A stretch of DNA of 62,610 bases, counting the filler, from Dugesia japonica (taxonomy: Eukaryota): the NCBI GenBank assembly GCA_001938525.1. It is 5 parts of 5 records of this genome, joined end to end, with 100 filler letters (N's around TTAATTAATTAA, not from the genome) between each part and the next. Parts side by side here need not be neighbours in the genome. Positions count along the whole stretch, not along the records: positions 8,624 to 27,701 come from MQRL01645115.1; 4 more parts are not named here. The stretch is one strand, 5' to 3'. A program made the position numbers and the translations under genes. Shown here piece by piece: positions 13,565 to 26,794 of the stretch. Below the pieces are notes generated by a model. It had not been told where the DNA came from and searched no databases. It saw only the letters and a list, made by a program, of their open reading frames with translations. Each line of letters opens with the position of its first letter. Position 1 is the first letter of the stretch.

Positions 13565-13952
13565 TGTGTTTAAAAGTGTTAGTTGGGCTTGGAAAACTCG
13601 TCGTATTATCAATATTAAAATCCGAATTCATAACAATATTTTATTAAAATCAAAACTATAACCCACATTAATTGTTAAACAAACAAATTAAAATTATGTG
13701 TTTTAATTGGTGATTTTCTTTTCTATAATTTAAAAATTAAAACTTTTATTTAATAAATCTCAGCTTATTTTTAAAATTTTAATTATTAAAAATTAAACTT
13801 TATTATTCAATAATTTTAATTTATCCTTAAACTAATATTGTTTTATTTAAATTTTTCATCAATAATTTAATATCTCATTTAGACAGAAAATTTTAAAATA
13901 TAAGATCACCAATCACACAAAAATTTCTACTTGCTTTTCAAAACTATTCACA
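13565..13952 (-). repeat. Probable 3' LTR (~390 bp)
   Basis: On the minus strand, purine tract AAAAATAGGGCGA is followed by TGTGAATAG at 13952. Ends in CA at the penton junction. Confidence 0.65.
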
Positions 13953-16024
13953 TCGCCCTATTTTTAGAAATTTTTTTATCTTCTCTAAGTTTCTTTCGAG
14001 ATTTTTTCCGTTTGTATCTTCAAAGATGTAACGTCTGTCATGAATCTTTCTCTTGATCTTATAGGGTCCTTCATAACGATCTTGGTTCTTATTTCTTGTT
14101 TCAGCTTTCACTAAGACCTCATCACCGATCTCGAATTGTCTTTTGGTTAATATTTCTTCTTCTTCTTCTCATTGCACTCTTTGGGTATTGGTGTCATACC
14201 ATTTTTCTATGCTTTTTCTCTTCCGAAATACGATTTTCTGCATTAATCAGATCCCGCATAGTTCGAAACTGTCACTCGATTTGTCCATTTGTTTTATGAT
14301 GATATGGACTCAAAAACCTGAGGGTAATGTCGTGTTCATCTGCAAAATCTTTCATTTATATAGACTAAAAAATCTCTTCCACAATCAACTCTAATTTTTC
14401 TCGGACACCCGAATTTTAATATCCAAGTTTCCAATATTGCTTTCCGTATGGTATCTTCATCTTGTCTTGTCATTGCTATCAAGGCTACATACTTACTGCA
14501 TTGGTCTATTATACAAAGAACATATTTCTTTCGACCTCTTGTCTCCGGCAGTGGTCCACACACATCTATAAAGAACAATTCAAACATTTCGACTGGCTGC
14601 GTCTTTTTCGTTTCTTCCTTCGTTTTTGTTGTCAACACTTTAGCTTTTTGGCATGTTATACAACTTCGGACAACCACTTGTACTTTGCTCCAAAAATGTT
14701 TTGCGTTATATTTATACTTCATATTCGCTTCTACTTTTCCTGTTCCAGCATGACACAAAAGATGGTGTATCTTCATTATAACTTCTTCTACTTTATTATC
14801 AGGTATCTATGTTCCTTCATCATTCTCGCCAAACTTGCCTTGTTTTTCTCGAATATCTACTGCATTTAACATCCTTGTTTTAAGTTTTTTATTTTTGGGA
14901 TCTTTATGTAACATAAAACATTGTGCACATGTACCGCATTCATTCCTTGACAACATATCCGCATTTGTATGAAGCAATCCTTTTCTATATTCCAATTTTA
15001 TATCTAAACTGCNCAAATAATTAATCCAGGTTTGAAACTGTGATGTGATTGACTTCTTGGTATTTAGCATAAACGTGATGGCTTTATGATCTGTTCTGAG
15101 GATAAATCTCTTTCCATATAAGTAATTTTGGAAATGAATACAAAAATAGTAAATGGCGTGCAATTCTTTCCGCGTAGTACAATATCTTATTTCATGACTC
15201 GTCATTGTATGTGATCCTTATGCAACTACTCTTTCTTGTCCATTGTTGCCTTTTTGCGATACGGTTTTATGTTGATTGGATCTCTTTTAGTAATTATTTG
15301 ATGCTTCGTTAAGTGTGTACATCCAATGTCCCATTTACCCGCCAAAAAAACATCCTCATTATTCTGAATAATCGCAGCCAATTTATGATATTTTTTTAAA
15401 TTTAGAATCTCCATTGCATGTCTTAATCGTTCACCCGTCGGTATCTGCCTTCCAAATTTTGCCTCGAAGTTGCAAACAAATCTTACTCGATGATTATTGA
15501 TGTCTACTTTGAACTTTTTCTGAAGATGATACCCAAAGTATTCTGAAATTTCACTTCACCAATTAGATCTGGTATTAATTTCTCCACTATTATAAATGTT
15601 ACTTCCTTGCACACCTCTGAAACTACAACTTTGACACGTATCTTTCCAATGGTTATTCGCGCAATGCAATCGTTCCTCATTCTTCTCTAACATTGTTTCT
15701 CCGAGTCTATTAAATCCTTTCATGCTCATCACATCTAGTCTTGCTCCTGTATCCAACAAACAATCAAACTGTTCTCCCTTGCATTTTATCATACGAAATT
15801 TCTGCATTCTGTTTTTCTTCAATTATTCCTATCACTTCTGCTTATTTAACTTCCGTATCATTGAAACTTTCTCTTTTTAATAATCTAAAGACTTTTTCTC
15901 TCACTTTACTAGTCTTGTCCCATTTCTCGGCCTCTTGAGGATATTCAAATAGTATCTCGTTTAATGGATGGCTCCGACCAACTCCTCTACTGATGGAGCC
16001 CTGCCTTTTGGGTAATCTCTTCTT
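13565..16024 (-). mobile_element. Ty3/Gypsy LTR retrotransposon relic, internally deleted
   Basis: Protease LLDTGA (15556-15822), RT N-terminal piece (15226-15414), RNase H ELHAIYY...TDHKAI (14807-15205), integrase HHCC + FIDVCGPLP (14336-14776), GPY C-terminus, PPT and 3' LTR. Confidence 0.9.
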
Positions 16025-17760
16025 GGATAGTGGCACACGAGGTGTGGGTTCGGAAACACATTACGCTTGAGCTGCGATTTTTTTAGACATGAATTTTGTG
16101 CTCGTTTATTTTCTAAGATTTTTGAGATCAAAAAACCTTTGATCGGGTCAAATTTTTTTGATCGAATCAGTTTTTTTTGATCCTGAAAGAATGTGTATGT
16201 GTATTTTTAAATTTTAAATTTTGTGTGTGTTTTAGTTGCTAAGGTGCTTTTTAAAAAGAAGGTCAAGTTGAGTTTGTGTGTTGTTGTGTGTGTGTAAGAG
16301 TGGAAAAAACGAGGAGGAGGAGCTGGAGATCTTGGAAATATTTTTTTTGTGTTTTTGAAGATTTTTTTGTGGTTTAACAAAAATTTGGTCTATATATTAT
16401 CTCAAGGACTTATGAGTTTGGATTTATGGTTTGTCCTACAAGGGTAGTGGCACACGGGTACAGTGGTATGAGTTATCGTGGGTAGATTTTGTGGGAGTTG
16501 TAAGTTTTTATGTTGTTGATGGAATTTGTTGTTTAATGTGTTGTTGGAGAGGTAATGTGATGGTGAAGATGCTAGTTGTCGAATGTGCTTTGATTTTTTA
16601 TTTGAAGGCTTGATTTTGATTGGTTTATTTTGTAAGTAGTATAAGTGTGTTATAAAATTTGGTATGTGTGGAAAGAAAATTAATTATCGGATTTTAAAAG
16701 ATTTATTTGAAATTTTTCTGTCGGTTGGTTATGACGTCATAATTTTTTGAAATATTTAATTTGGTTAAAAATGCTGTATTTTGCTTAAATTGATTAATTT
16801 AATGAAATTAATGATATTTTTGAGTACTTGATGTATTTTTGGTTAATTTTCGGTATTTTGATCAGGGAAGGGTTGATTTGTAAGATTATCGAACAGGGAA
16901 GAAGAGAATCTTGATATTTTTAAAAACATTTTTTGGCGGGAAATTTAAAAAAAATATTTTTGAGCGAAATTTACGGAAAAACGATTACCGAAAAACCGGT
17001 TTACCGAATTATTCGAATTTTCAAATTTTTGCATAATTTGCTAAGGAAATTCTTCGAGAATGTTGATTTTGTATGATTTTAGACAATTATTTCCTCGGGG
17101 ATGATTACTTTTGGCAAACTTGGTCGGTTTTAGGTAATTTTTGAACGAGTTGGTTAGGAATTTTCTCGGTGTGGTCAAATAAGATTAATTTTTGATTGGT
17201 TCAGGTGAATTTGTTGATTACTTCCACGGGTTTAAGAAGTTTGGGCAAATTTGGTTGTTTTTATGTAATGTTTGGGTGATTTGGTCCAATATTTCTACGA
17301 GAATCGTTATTTTGGTCAATTTTTGGCTGGTTCGGATAAATTTGGTCATTATTTCTTCAGGATTGATGTTTTTTAGGTGATTTAAATAAAATTGATTGAA
17401 AATTTCGTAAGATTTGGTTAACTTGGTTAATTATTTGAGTGATTTATTAGAAAGTTTTTTCGGAATTGGTAATATTTGGGTGACTTGGTTAATTATTTCA
17501 TCCAGATTGATCATTTTGGGTAATGTTTTGGGTGATTTGGTCAAATATTTCTTCAGGAATGGTTAAAATGGTTAATCTTTAGAAGATCTGGTCAATTATT
17601 TACTCGTTTTGGATGATTAAGGTCAATTATTTACTTTGTATTGGTAAACTTGGTTGATTATTTACTCACAAGGGTCAATTTTCTATGATTTTTTAGCCAA
17701 CCCTCGGATTGGTCTGTTTAGGTAAAATTCTATACGGAAATTTGTGGGAAATAGACAAAT
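16025..17760 (+). repeat. Probable Polinton terminal/subterminal region with degenerate short repeats
   Basis: Start is homologous to 26795-26990 (CGGAAACRCATTACG..TTGAGCTGCG, GATCGGATCA repeats). TTGGTCAATTATTT-like repeats at 17080-17700 resemble the reverse complement of 2915-3070 next to Polinton genes. Confidence 0.5.
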
Positions 17761-20700
17761 TGTTTAAATGATTCAAAATATATAAATTTTTTATAAGAAT
17801 CAGGGTGTACATCTTCTCAAAATAGGTTAAGAAAATGTCTTTTTGATATAAAATGTTTTGCTGATTCCAAACTTAAATTCGTCAAATTTAATCCCCGGTG
17901 ATATAAATAAGGGTTTGTGGTGAAAAAATCTCAAAACTCGGGGTTTATCGATCAGATGACAGATATCGACTCAAATTTGATATTTTTTTACTCACGAAGA
18001 ATATTGACTGTTAAAATTTAAAATATCATCTCCTGGAAATGTCCTTTCTAACGAATATGTATAAAAAACATTGATTACGACCCGGTAAAAGTAAAATAGT
18101 GCTTGTATGATCTATTGATTTCAAACATAAATGCTAATGATCTTATGACATTAAATGAATTGTTTGCTAGAGTCAACAGTAATATGAAAATAAAAGAATT
18201 ATCATTCATAAAATCAAAAGGTTCAAAATGAAAAAGCAATGATTAATGTTGAAATATTTGGTTACAAAAGTCTTGAAGATATAGTCAAATCTCTTTATTG
18301 AATAAATATTAGTATAATTAAATGACTAATCTTATTAATTTCTACTTTGTTATATTACTTTTTTCTAAATCAAAACATCTATAAAACAAAGGTTTATTTA
18401 GTTCAATCACATATTATTCTATGTTCCAGTAATTGTTCTGTATGACATTTGATAGCTGAAATAATAATATTAAAATAAATTATTAAAATAACTTAAAGTA
18501 TTTGGATCTCTTTCCAATTTTGCATTATTCGAATAATTTGTGTCCCTGTTCATAATATTATCATCTTTCATAAAATCAGGAGAAGAATTCATGTTATTTA
18601 TTGGTTCAATTGAATGGTAAGTGAAATTTTAATGAAAACCAAGGAAATATATGGAACTTAGTGTATATTTATTGAAGTTTTTTAAATATATTAAAACATT
18701 CTAAGTGACATAAAGTAAATTTAGAAATATTTTAAAACTTAGTCTATATTNNNNNNNNNNNNNNNNNNNNNNNNNAAAAATTCATTAAGAAAATCTAAGG
18801 AAATTTAAGAAACTTATTGCATATTTATTGAAATGAATGATCAAATGTATTCAGCTAATGTATTATTGGGAATGAATAGTCAAATGGTTGGATTAATTAC
18901 TTGTTTTAAAATTAGAAGGTTTATTTTTAGTGAACTTAATAGGTGAATGAAATACTTTGAATCTTTAACATAATAAATTACTATGTAAATTGATTGTATT
19001 GGATTAAGTATATTACCTGTACTATTAATTGTAAGATAAAATGGATTATAACTATATAATCATGTTAACCCTCAGTAAACAGTAGAATCATCTTAGTGTT
19101 TATTTTAACAAAAATAGTGACTATTGCTTATAAATTTATGTCTAATGAAACAAATTAAGCATATTCAATAGACTAAATGACTATATTGATTAACTTGAAC
19201 GATTAGATTAAAATACATGGAAGCATTGAATATAATATGTAAGTCAAATACGTAAATGAATTTAATGCATAGGTTTAATAAATGTATCAGATGCATTGAG
19301 TGTAGTAGGTTTATTGACTGTATTTGGTTAATGAATGTNNNNNGTTTAATGATTTGTATTGGTCTAGATAGAATGTATACGAGTGTTGTCAAATTTTCCT
19401 TTGTACTATTGAACAATTTCTAATAGAATTGACTTGTATATACAAATAGAAAGTTTAGAAAATTGAAAATAATATATTTATTTCAAACAATAAATTTAAA
19501 CAAGACATATTTAAGATTTGAAAACAGTTAATTACTAATTTTAATTAAAATTAATTAAAGTTTATANNNNNNNNNNNNNNNNNNNNNNNNNNNNNNNNNN
19601 NNNNNNNNNNNNNNNNATAGTAGGTCTATTTATAATAAAATTCTGACAAAATAAAACGTGTTCATATAAAATGATTACACACATGTTTTTAAATTAATTT
19701 GATGCAACTAAACAAACATAGAATTTTTTTAATATTAGTTTAATAATCAAGAAACGTTATCCTTAATGAAATAAATCAAAAACATATAGGTTGTTGTCTA
19801 GCAATATTAAATAATAGATGATTCCAAACAGTATTAATGTTCAGATTAAATGCTATCAGTCAGAGTTAATATCAAACCAGGTCTACTTTTTGATTTGTTT
19901 TGACTTCTTTAGGCGAAAATTGATCTTTTCTGTAATTTATTTGTTTACTTACTGTTTACTATTTCTCAGTTATCAATGTTTTGTATAATGTTTACTGTGC
20001 ACCGGTATTGAGTTATCAATACTCTGCTCACTGTTTACTGAATAGTAGTTCTCAGTTATCAAAGCTCTGTCCACTAGTACTCAGTCATCCAAGCTTTTAT
20101 CACCGTGCACTAGATTTCAATCATCAATACTCTGTGCACTGTAAACTAATCTTCAGTCATCAATGTTTTTAATCCACTATTTNNNNNNNNNNNNNNNNNN
20201 NNNNNNNNNNNNNNNNNNNNNNNNNNNNNNNNGATTTTATGGTTCGTAATAAATAATTGCCTTATGATTTTCGTGTGTTGACTTGTGTGTTAATACAATA
20301 TTATATGAATGTAATATCTTAAGTAAATTATAAATAAAGTAATATATGTCTTGATCTTATATGAATAAATGAAACATACTTCTTTTTTAGAATGATATTT
20401 TTGATATATAACAATATATTGATTTTTTATGTCTATACTTATATCGCCAGATTTTAATTAAATGAACGACTGCCGCCCTTAAAGGTTGGAGTGTTCAATA
20501 ATTGAAGTCTGAATTTACAATGTAAGAGTTCAGTATTTATACTGAATTTTCCAATCACACACACACATTACTTACATAAGACTTAATCTTTTTCATACAA
20601 ATTAACCTTTTACTTATTAATTCCATTTTAAAATAATTACATTACAAATAAAGTTTTTATAAAAATAATATTCCTTTTAATATTTAATATTTAATATTTA

Positions 20701-21464
20701 ACTTTTATTAATTTTTTACCAAAATTAACAACTACTCTCTAAATATATAGTAGTTTGAAAATAAAATTAAATCACATTCAAAATAAACTAAATCAAATCA
20801 AAATAATAAAATTAAATCACATTCTCAAATCAAAATAAAACTAATAAACAATATCAGCATGAATTAGAGTCAAATAAACAATTAGAGTCAGATAAACAAT
20901 AAATATGAATGTTTGGGGATCTGCTCGAAGTTGGATGATGAATTGGTTTTAATTTGAACTGTCCTGACTGATTTTGGATTGACTTTGAAGATTGCTTGAT
21001 TTCTGTGATGTTATTGTGNNNNNNTGTTTGCATGCTATGTTTTTTGTCTGCGTGTTGTGCATGCTGTGTACTCTGTACCCCAACAACTCTTCACTGATAG
21101 TAAATGTACTGTTTGAATTATTTAAAAACTTCATAAATTTTGCATTAATTATTTTACTTTGATTGAATTAAATNNNNNNNNNNNNNNNNNNNNNNNNNNN
21201 NNNNNNNNNNNNNNNNNNNNNNNTTTTATTGATTGAATAAATTTATGTTTTAAGTAGATAATCAATGGGTAAATTAATTGATTAGAGGATCTATTTTTAA
21301 ATGAAATTTCTATAATAAGTGAAAACTTGTGTAAAAATAACCGGTTATTTTCGTTTATTGCTTGTAAAGTATAGATTACGGGTTAAGTTTAAACCTGAGT
21401 ATATGGATTAATTGATGAAAAGAATAAACATTAACTGAGTGATTAATATTTAAATGATGATATC

Positions 21465-21605
21465 GAGTATTGTGTATGTTAATACTTGATGATAGTGAAA
21501 ATGTATATGTTAATACTTGATGATAGCCAGTATTGTACAGTTTGTATGTTAAGACTTGATGATAGTGAGTATTGTTTATGTTAAGACTTAATGATAGCTA
21601 ATATT
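21465..21605. repeat. Short tandem repeat (~30-40 nt, TGTATGTTAATACTTGATGATAG core)
   Basis: Four visible copies. Confidence 0.8.
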
Positions 21606-21929
21606 ATATTAAGTGTGATTTATAGGTGAATAATGTACATTAAATGAATTTAACGTGTATTTACAAAGATTTTATCACATTATAGTGAAAATACGTGAAT
21701 GATTGACTGAATTATTATATTATCCCCTTTCGAAGGAATTGTATTCGTACAAGGTTCGTTAAAAATACACGGGTTAAATTCCTCCTTGATATTTCTCATC
21801 GTAGGGTATGGGGATGTAGGTCTATAAAATATTTCAAGCGGACGTCTTTGTTTGGTGAGATTATAAATTTTCGGTTCTTTTCCGATCGAATTTTTATAAT
21901 TGTCTGCTATTCTTTTCAATTCTTGCATT

Positions 21930-22853
21930 TATTTTTTTTCTTTATTCAAAGTATCTTCGTAATGTCTGAATAAGGGCGCGTATTTTGGTAAACTTTCAAG
22001 TACCTTAGAACCAATGATATCAACAGTTATGGTGGTAATTTTTTGTCCGGTATATAAAACCGCATGACAGGTTTCCACAATTTCTGTATCCAAGGACTTT
22101 ACTTCTATTATGAGTTTATGAGGTAATTGCGATAACTGTAATTGGAGTAGTTTCTTTTGTTGTTCTCTATTGATATATAGGTTATGATAACGCCCAGTTT
22201 GATAATATAACCGGGGTGATAATATATCTCGATGACGTAGTAGATTAAATTGTGAAGCACTTTTATCTGCAAAGGAATTTTCTGACGAATTCGAAACGAT
22301 CTTGAATTTTAATTAAATTATCGAATCTCCTTAATTCATTCTTTAAATGAAGCTGCATGTTGTCTTTATCTCTTCTGGTTTGTTTTGTTACACTGACTGT
22401 ACATAAGTCTTTCTGTATCTGGCTGAGGAAAATGACGTCTCTCTGCATGGTAATGTTGTTATATTTACCAACTAAATCGATAAATTCTGGAATATCTTCT
22501 TGATAGTATAAGGGTAGATGGTGGGCAATTCTTGTGAAATTGTTAAAGGGAACTTTGAGGATCAATAACATACTAAGTTCTTGTCCAACTTTTAAGGGTA
22601 GCATTTTCAAAAAAGAAACTCGTTTAGGATGAAAGGCGTCTATTTTACAAAAGCGACAGACTGGGTAGGGTGCGAGACTTAAGTTGGAAAGAAGGAAGAC
22701 TTCTAATATACAATTGAAACAGAAATAATGGCCACATTCCAAAATTCGTGGTAGTTTTAGGTATTCAAAACAAATAGGGCATTCAGCATCTTCGGATAAA
22801 TAATAAATAATTTTAGCTACGTCATCCCAACTATAATTTAATGGGTATTTCAA
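21930..22853 (-). pseudogene. RNF10/Mag2-like C3HC4 RING E3 ligase (cargo), one frameshift
   Basis: WDDVAKII...CPICFEYLKLPRILECGHYFCFNCIL..., LKVGQELSMLL, then LYYQTGRYHNLYIN...LPHKLIIEV, in the order of RNF10 conserved blocks. Confidence 0.7.
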
Positions 22854-22905
22854 GGCACGGTGTTTTTCATATAAAATTATAAAAATATACGTCTATGTGT
22901 TTTAT

Positions 22906-25071
22906 TTATTTTGTAATGGATAACGAGAGTTTTTGACCTTCTTCCTCTAAGGCTATGCTATCGTACATAGTATTTTCCCCTATAAACTTAAATTGTCCAT
23001 TAACACGTTTAATTTTTATTTGTTTAGTACCAAATATCACATATGCTTCATCATTGGTTATGTCCTTTATAGTGACTGTGGTATTTACTTTTTTATTAAT
23101 ATACATAATATCAGACATATCAATCAATGATTATCCAAAATCTAGAATTTCGATGTCAGGGTCAGATCCAAGTTCATCCTCACTGGATTCATCATCCGTA
23201 TAATATAGTACATACTGTTTACAGAATCTGACTTCTTCCGTTGTTAACTCCTGTAGTGGCTCCTTTATTTGCTCCTTGTATATTGGTCCTTCAGTTTTGC
23301 TTAGGTTCTCATGATTATCGTCTGAACTTGAATCCTCACTTGATTCATCTTCACTATCATCTGTATCAGAGTCACTATTTATCTGAATGATGTTACCTGT
23401 TGCGTCCTCTATATGTGTGTTCAGTTCAGTATTTTCTTTCCATCGTTTTGGTGACGACGCATTGTCTTCGGTTTCAGATTCATCAAGATCAACATTATTA
23501 TGGTTTAATCGTTAATTCTTTTTATTAATAGTTGGGTGATTTGTATTGGCTTGACAGTATCCATTTTACTGTTGTCTATTTCTTTTAATATTATGGGCCA
23601 ATAAACAGATTTTGGGAATATTTCCTCTCGTGGTAGTATATAAGTTACAGGTTCTAAAACATCCATTTTTTAATCCTTAGTTGGTTTTAGAGTATCGTCC
23701 CATTGATTTGTTTCTTTAAGGTGGATATATGCCTGTCGTATCCATTCAATTCTGTTGTTTGTAGTTTGTGTTATTGTAAGGTTCATTGACCAAATTAATT
23801 CTCTTATTCGAGGTTGGTATTTTATAGGTTTCAATATTGCTTCAACAATTGTACTTATCCGATGTTTTGCTGTATTGGGTTTTGATACTAATTTCTTATG
23901 CCATTTTTCTTCAGCAACCTCTCTATATCCAATAATGTGACTTTGATTCATATGAAGACTGGCTAATTTCTTTTCCAAGTCATAACCAATTAATACTTTT
24001 CCATATAACATTTGTCGGGCTTGGATTATTAACTTGGATTATTATAACCGGGTATGCATCTTCCTTTCCGAGGATTAATTTCTCGTCGTATCCAATTGTG
24101 TCTTTATAATAGTGTTTGATTCGCTCTCTGGGGCATAGTTTCTTGTTCAATAATGTTTTTCCTCTGAAATTCTGAATTGTAATCTCGATCATAACTGGAA
24201 GCATGTAGTGATCTGGTAAGGTTTTAATATCTATAAACATTGACATGGAGTCTATATCTTCTGATGATAGAATGGAATATTTCAAAAATGATATATTATT
24301 TAATAGAGAGGTATCATCTATTCTACAATGACCTCTTATTTTCGTAAATGCAGGAAAAGGTATTGGAAGTCTGTCGTAATACATGAACTCAACTCCTAAT
24401 ACAGCTGGAACATCCTGAATTTCAATTTTGATGTCATTAGCACTTTCCTTCCATATGCCTGTTAGTATTAGGATTTTATTCTGTAGTATTTCTATTTTCT
24501 CTTGATAATGTGTAAATTTGATTGCTGCTTTGGCGACGTGAAACCTTATTTCCTTTATAACTCTTTCTCCATTCTTTACTGCTTTTTCAGGATCGCTAAA
24601 TGTTCCCGTATATCCGCATAATTCTCTGAGTTTATATCTTTTCGCCTGNCGGAATCGGATTAGGATAATATCTTTGTCGAACGTATTATTTTTCAGTATA
24701 TTGGGAATAGTAGTTAAGTTGGTGAAGGGAGCAATTAAAGGTTCAGAAGATTTGTCGAGGAATTCATAATTTTGTATGTTATAGTATAAATTTTGATTTA
24801 ATTTGACTGCTGAGCTTTGTATATATGTGGTGTATGAGGGTACTGCTGCTTAAGTTTGGTTGTTGCCTGTTGATGCTTGCTTTACATTATGTAAGGAGTC
24901 ATGTTTGTTTGTTAGCATGTCTGTTTGTGTTTTATTATTGCTTGTTAATGCTTTTGAGTAATTATGTCTATTTGTCTGCATGTTGTATAATATAGCTGAT
25001 TGAACTGAAGTTAATTGATTGCTATCTATAATGAAAAAGTGTTTAATTGATTGCGTTAACAATAGTATCAA
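22906..25071 (-). pseudogene. Long cargo ORF with degenerate DEDDh (REX4/ISG20-like) exonuclease domain and acidic tract
   Basis: One frame from 25071 to 23980 with a single stop. FIDIKT...IEITIQNFRGKTLLNKKLCP...GKVLIGYDL. Followed by D/E/S-rich segments reading into 22906-23127. Confidence 0.6.
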
Positions 25072-25177
25072 GCTTAATACTCCATCAATAGATGGTAGTT
25101 AATTATATAGATATATATATATATGTATAAATAAAAATATAGATTTAAAATATTCAAATATACATTTTGGAAAGTGT

Positions 25178-25950
25178 TTATACCTGTGTCCATTGGACAT
25201 AATCTGGTGAGTTGGGGGTATTGCGACGCCAATAGCGCTGCCTCTTCCATTTATAGCGTTTGTCAATTTGATAAATTGATACTATAAACGCTACGGGGAA
25301 GAGTAATACACCTGTTCCCAAAATTATAAGGGGAATATTTTTTATTATTTTACTTTCAAGTTCTGGATTTTGTGTAGTGCCCCAAAGTTGTAGAATCTTA
25401 TTCTTATAGTATTAATAATTTTTTCATATTTATTTAGGTCTGAAATTCGATTTCTTATTAAATATTTACTTTCTGTATTATTTTTTATTTTATGATTGTC
25501 GTTTAAACTAGAGTTAGTAGTTATATTTGACTTTATGGGGGTTGATGTTATTATGTTAGTAGTAGGTTTAATTGTGCTTATTTCTGTGGGTATTTGTCCC
25601 CAAAATATATATTTTGGATATTCCGGGAATGTCTGTAGTGTGATAGTTTTGGAAGCGCGAGTAACCCAATTACAACTTCAGATCCAATTAATAGTAGTGT
25701 AATATCTAGTATTGGGTTCTAACCCATACATTTCTACAAATCTTGCTGTATTGCTTAGTTTTGTTCTTACTCTCACAAATAAGCAAGTAAGTCCGTAAGA
25801 GGTTCTATGTGTAGGAACTTCAAATGTGAATTTACGTAGATATATGCCTATTTTTACTATAGGCCAAAATCCTCCGGTAGGTGCTAAATACGTGAAATCT
25901 GCTGAACAACTTGTTATAATAGATAATAATATTAATGACATGATAGGCAA
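25178..25950 (-). pseudogene. Type I membrane protein in env position: signal peptide, FN3-like domain, Thr-rich stalk, TM, short tail
   Basis: MPIMSLILLSIITSCSA; GLEPNTRY...SKTITLQTFP; IPLIILGTGVLLFPVAFIVSIY then KRYKWKR; ends WTQV*. One stop and one frameshift. Confidence 0.65.
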
Positions 25951-25975
25951 TGAATTTTGTGATTGTGATCTGAGA

Positions 25976-26794
25976 TTATAATTGTTTTGATTTTGAAGTT
26001 ATCGGTTCTGTTTCTGCCAATTTGCACCTATTGACAGCAACTACTAAAGGATCATCATTTTTGTTCTTTATGACTTGTAGGTTTGTATCCGTTACTCTTA
26101 CTACCTCAAAAGGTCCTTTGAATATTCTAGTTAGTTTGTTTGTTAAACCTTTTTTTGAATTTGTAGTCTTTATTCGCACTTTATCTCCAACTTTAAATTG
26201 ATGTGGTTTTTTATTTTTGTCATAATAGTCTTTATACTGTTCCTGTTTTAATTTTACTCTCAATCCAGCTTGTTTATATACTTCCTGTAATCTTTCCTGC
26301 ATTTTTGTGACATAATCTGGATTNNNNNNNNNNNNNNNNNNNNNNNNNNNNNNNNNNNNNNNNNNNNNNNNNNNNNNNNNNNNNNNNNNNNNNNNNNNNN
26401 NNNNNNNNNNNNNNNNNNNNNNNNNNNNNNNNNNNNNNNNNNNNNNNNNNNNNNNNNNNNNNNNNNNGTTTTGATTTTTATTGACAAATACTGATAGTCT
26501 GTTGCATAATGTACTATTAAATCTTTCCACAAGACCATCTGCTGTGGGTGGTATGCTGAAGTATTTATCTTTTGAATATTAAACATTTAGTTGACTCTTT
26601 TAACTGTTTCACTTAAGAAATTTCTTCCTCTGTCTAACAGTAGTTTTTTAGGTGCTCCATATTTAAAAATAATTTTTTCCACTAATAGTTTTGCAACTGT
26701 TTTGGCTGATTCATCTTTGGTGGGGAATGCTTCAGCCCATTTTGTAAATACTTAAATACCCAAATATGTTTATTACCTTTTATTGTAGTGGGTA
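25976..26794 (-). pseudogene. Ty3/Gypsy integrase (core + GPF domain)
   Basis: FTKWAEAFP, YGAPKKLLLDRGRNF, TSAYHPQ, ERFNSTL and KGPFEV. Confidence 0.92.

Larger units (their letters stand above)
21680..26794 (-). mobile_element. Ty3/Gypsy-type element, 3' part: integrase plus ~4.3 kb of co-oriented cargo ORFs
   Basis: Integrase 25976-26794, immediately followed by co-linear intronless ORFs. 5' part is cut off by an insertion at 26795. Confidence 0.75.
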
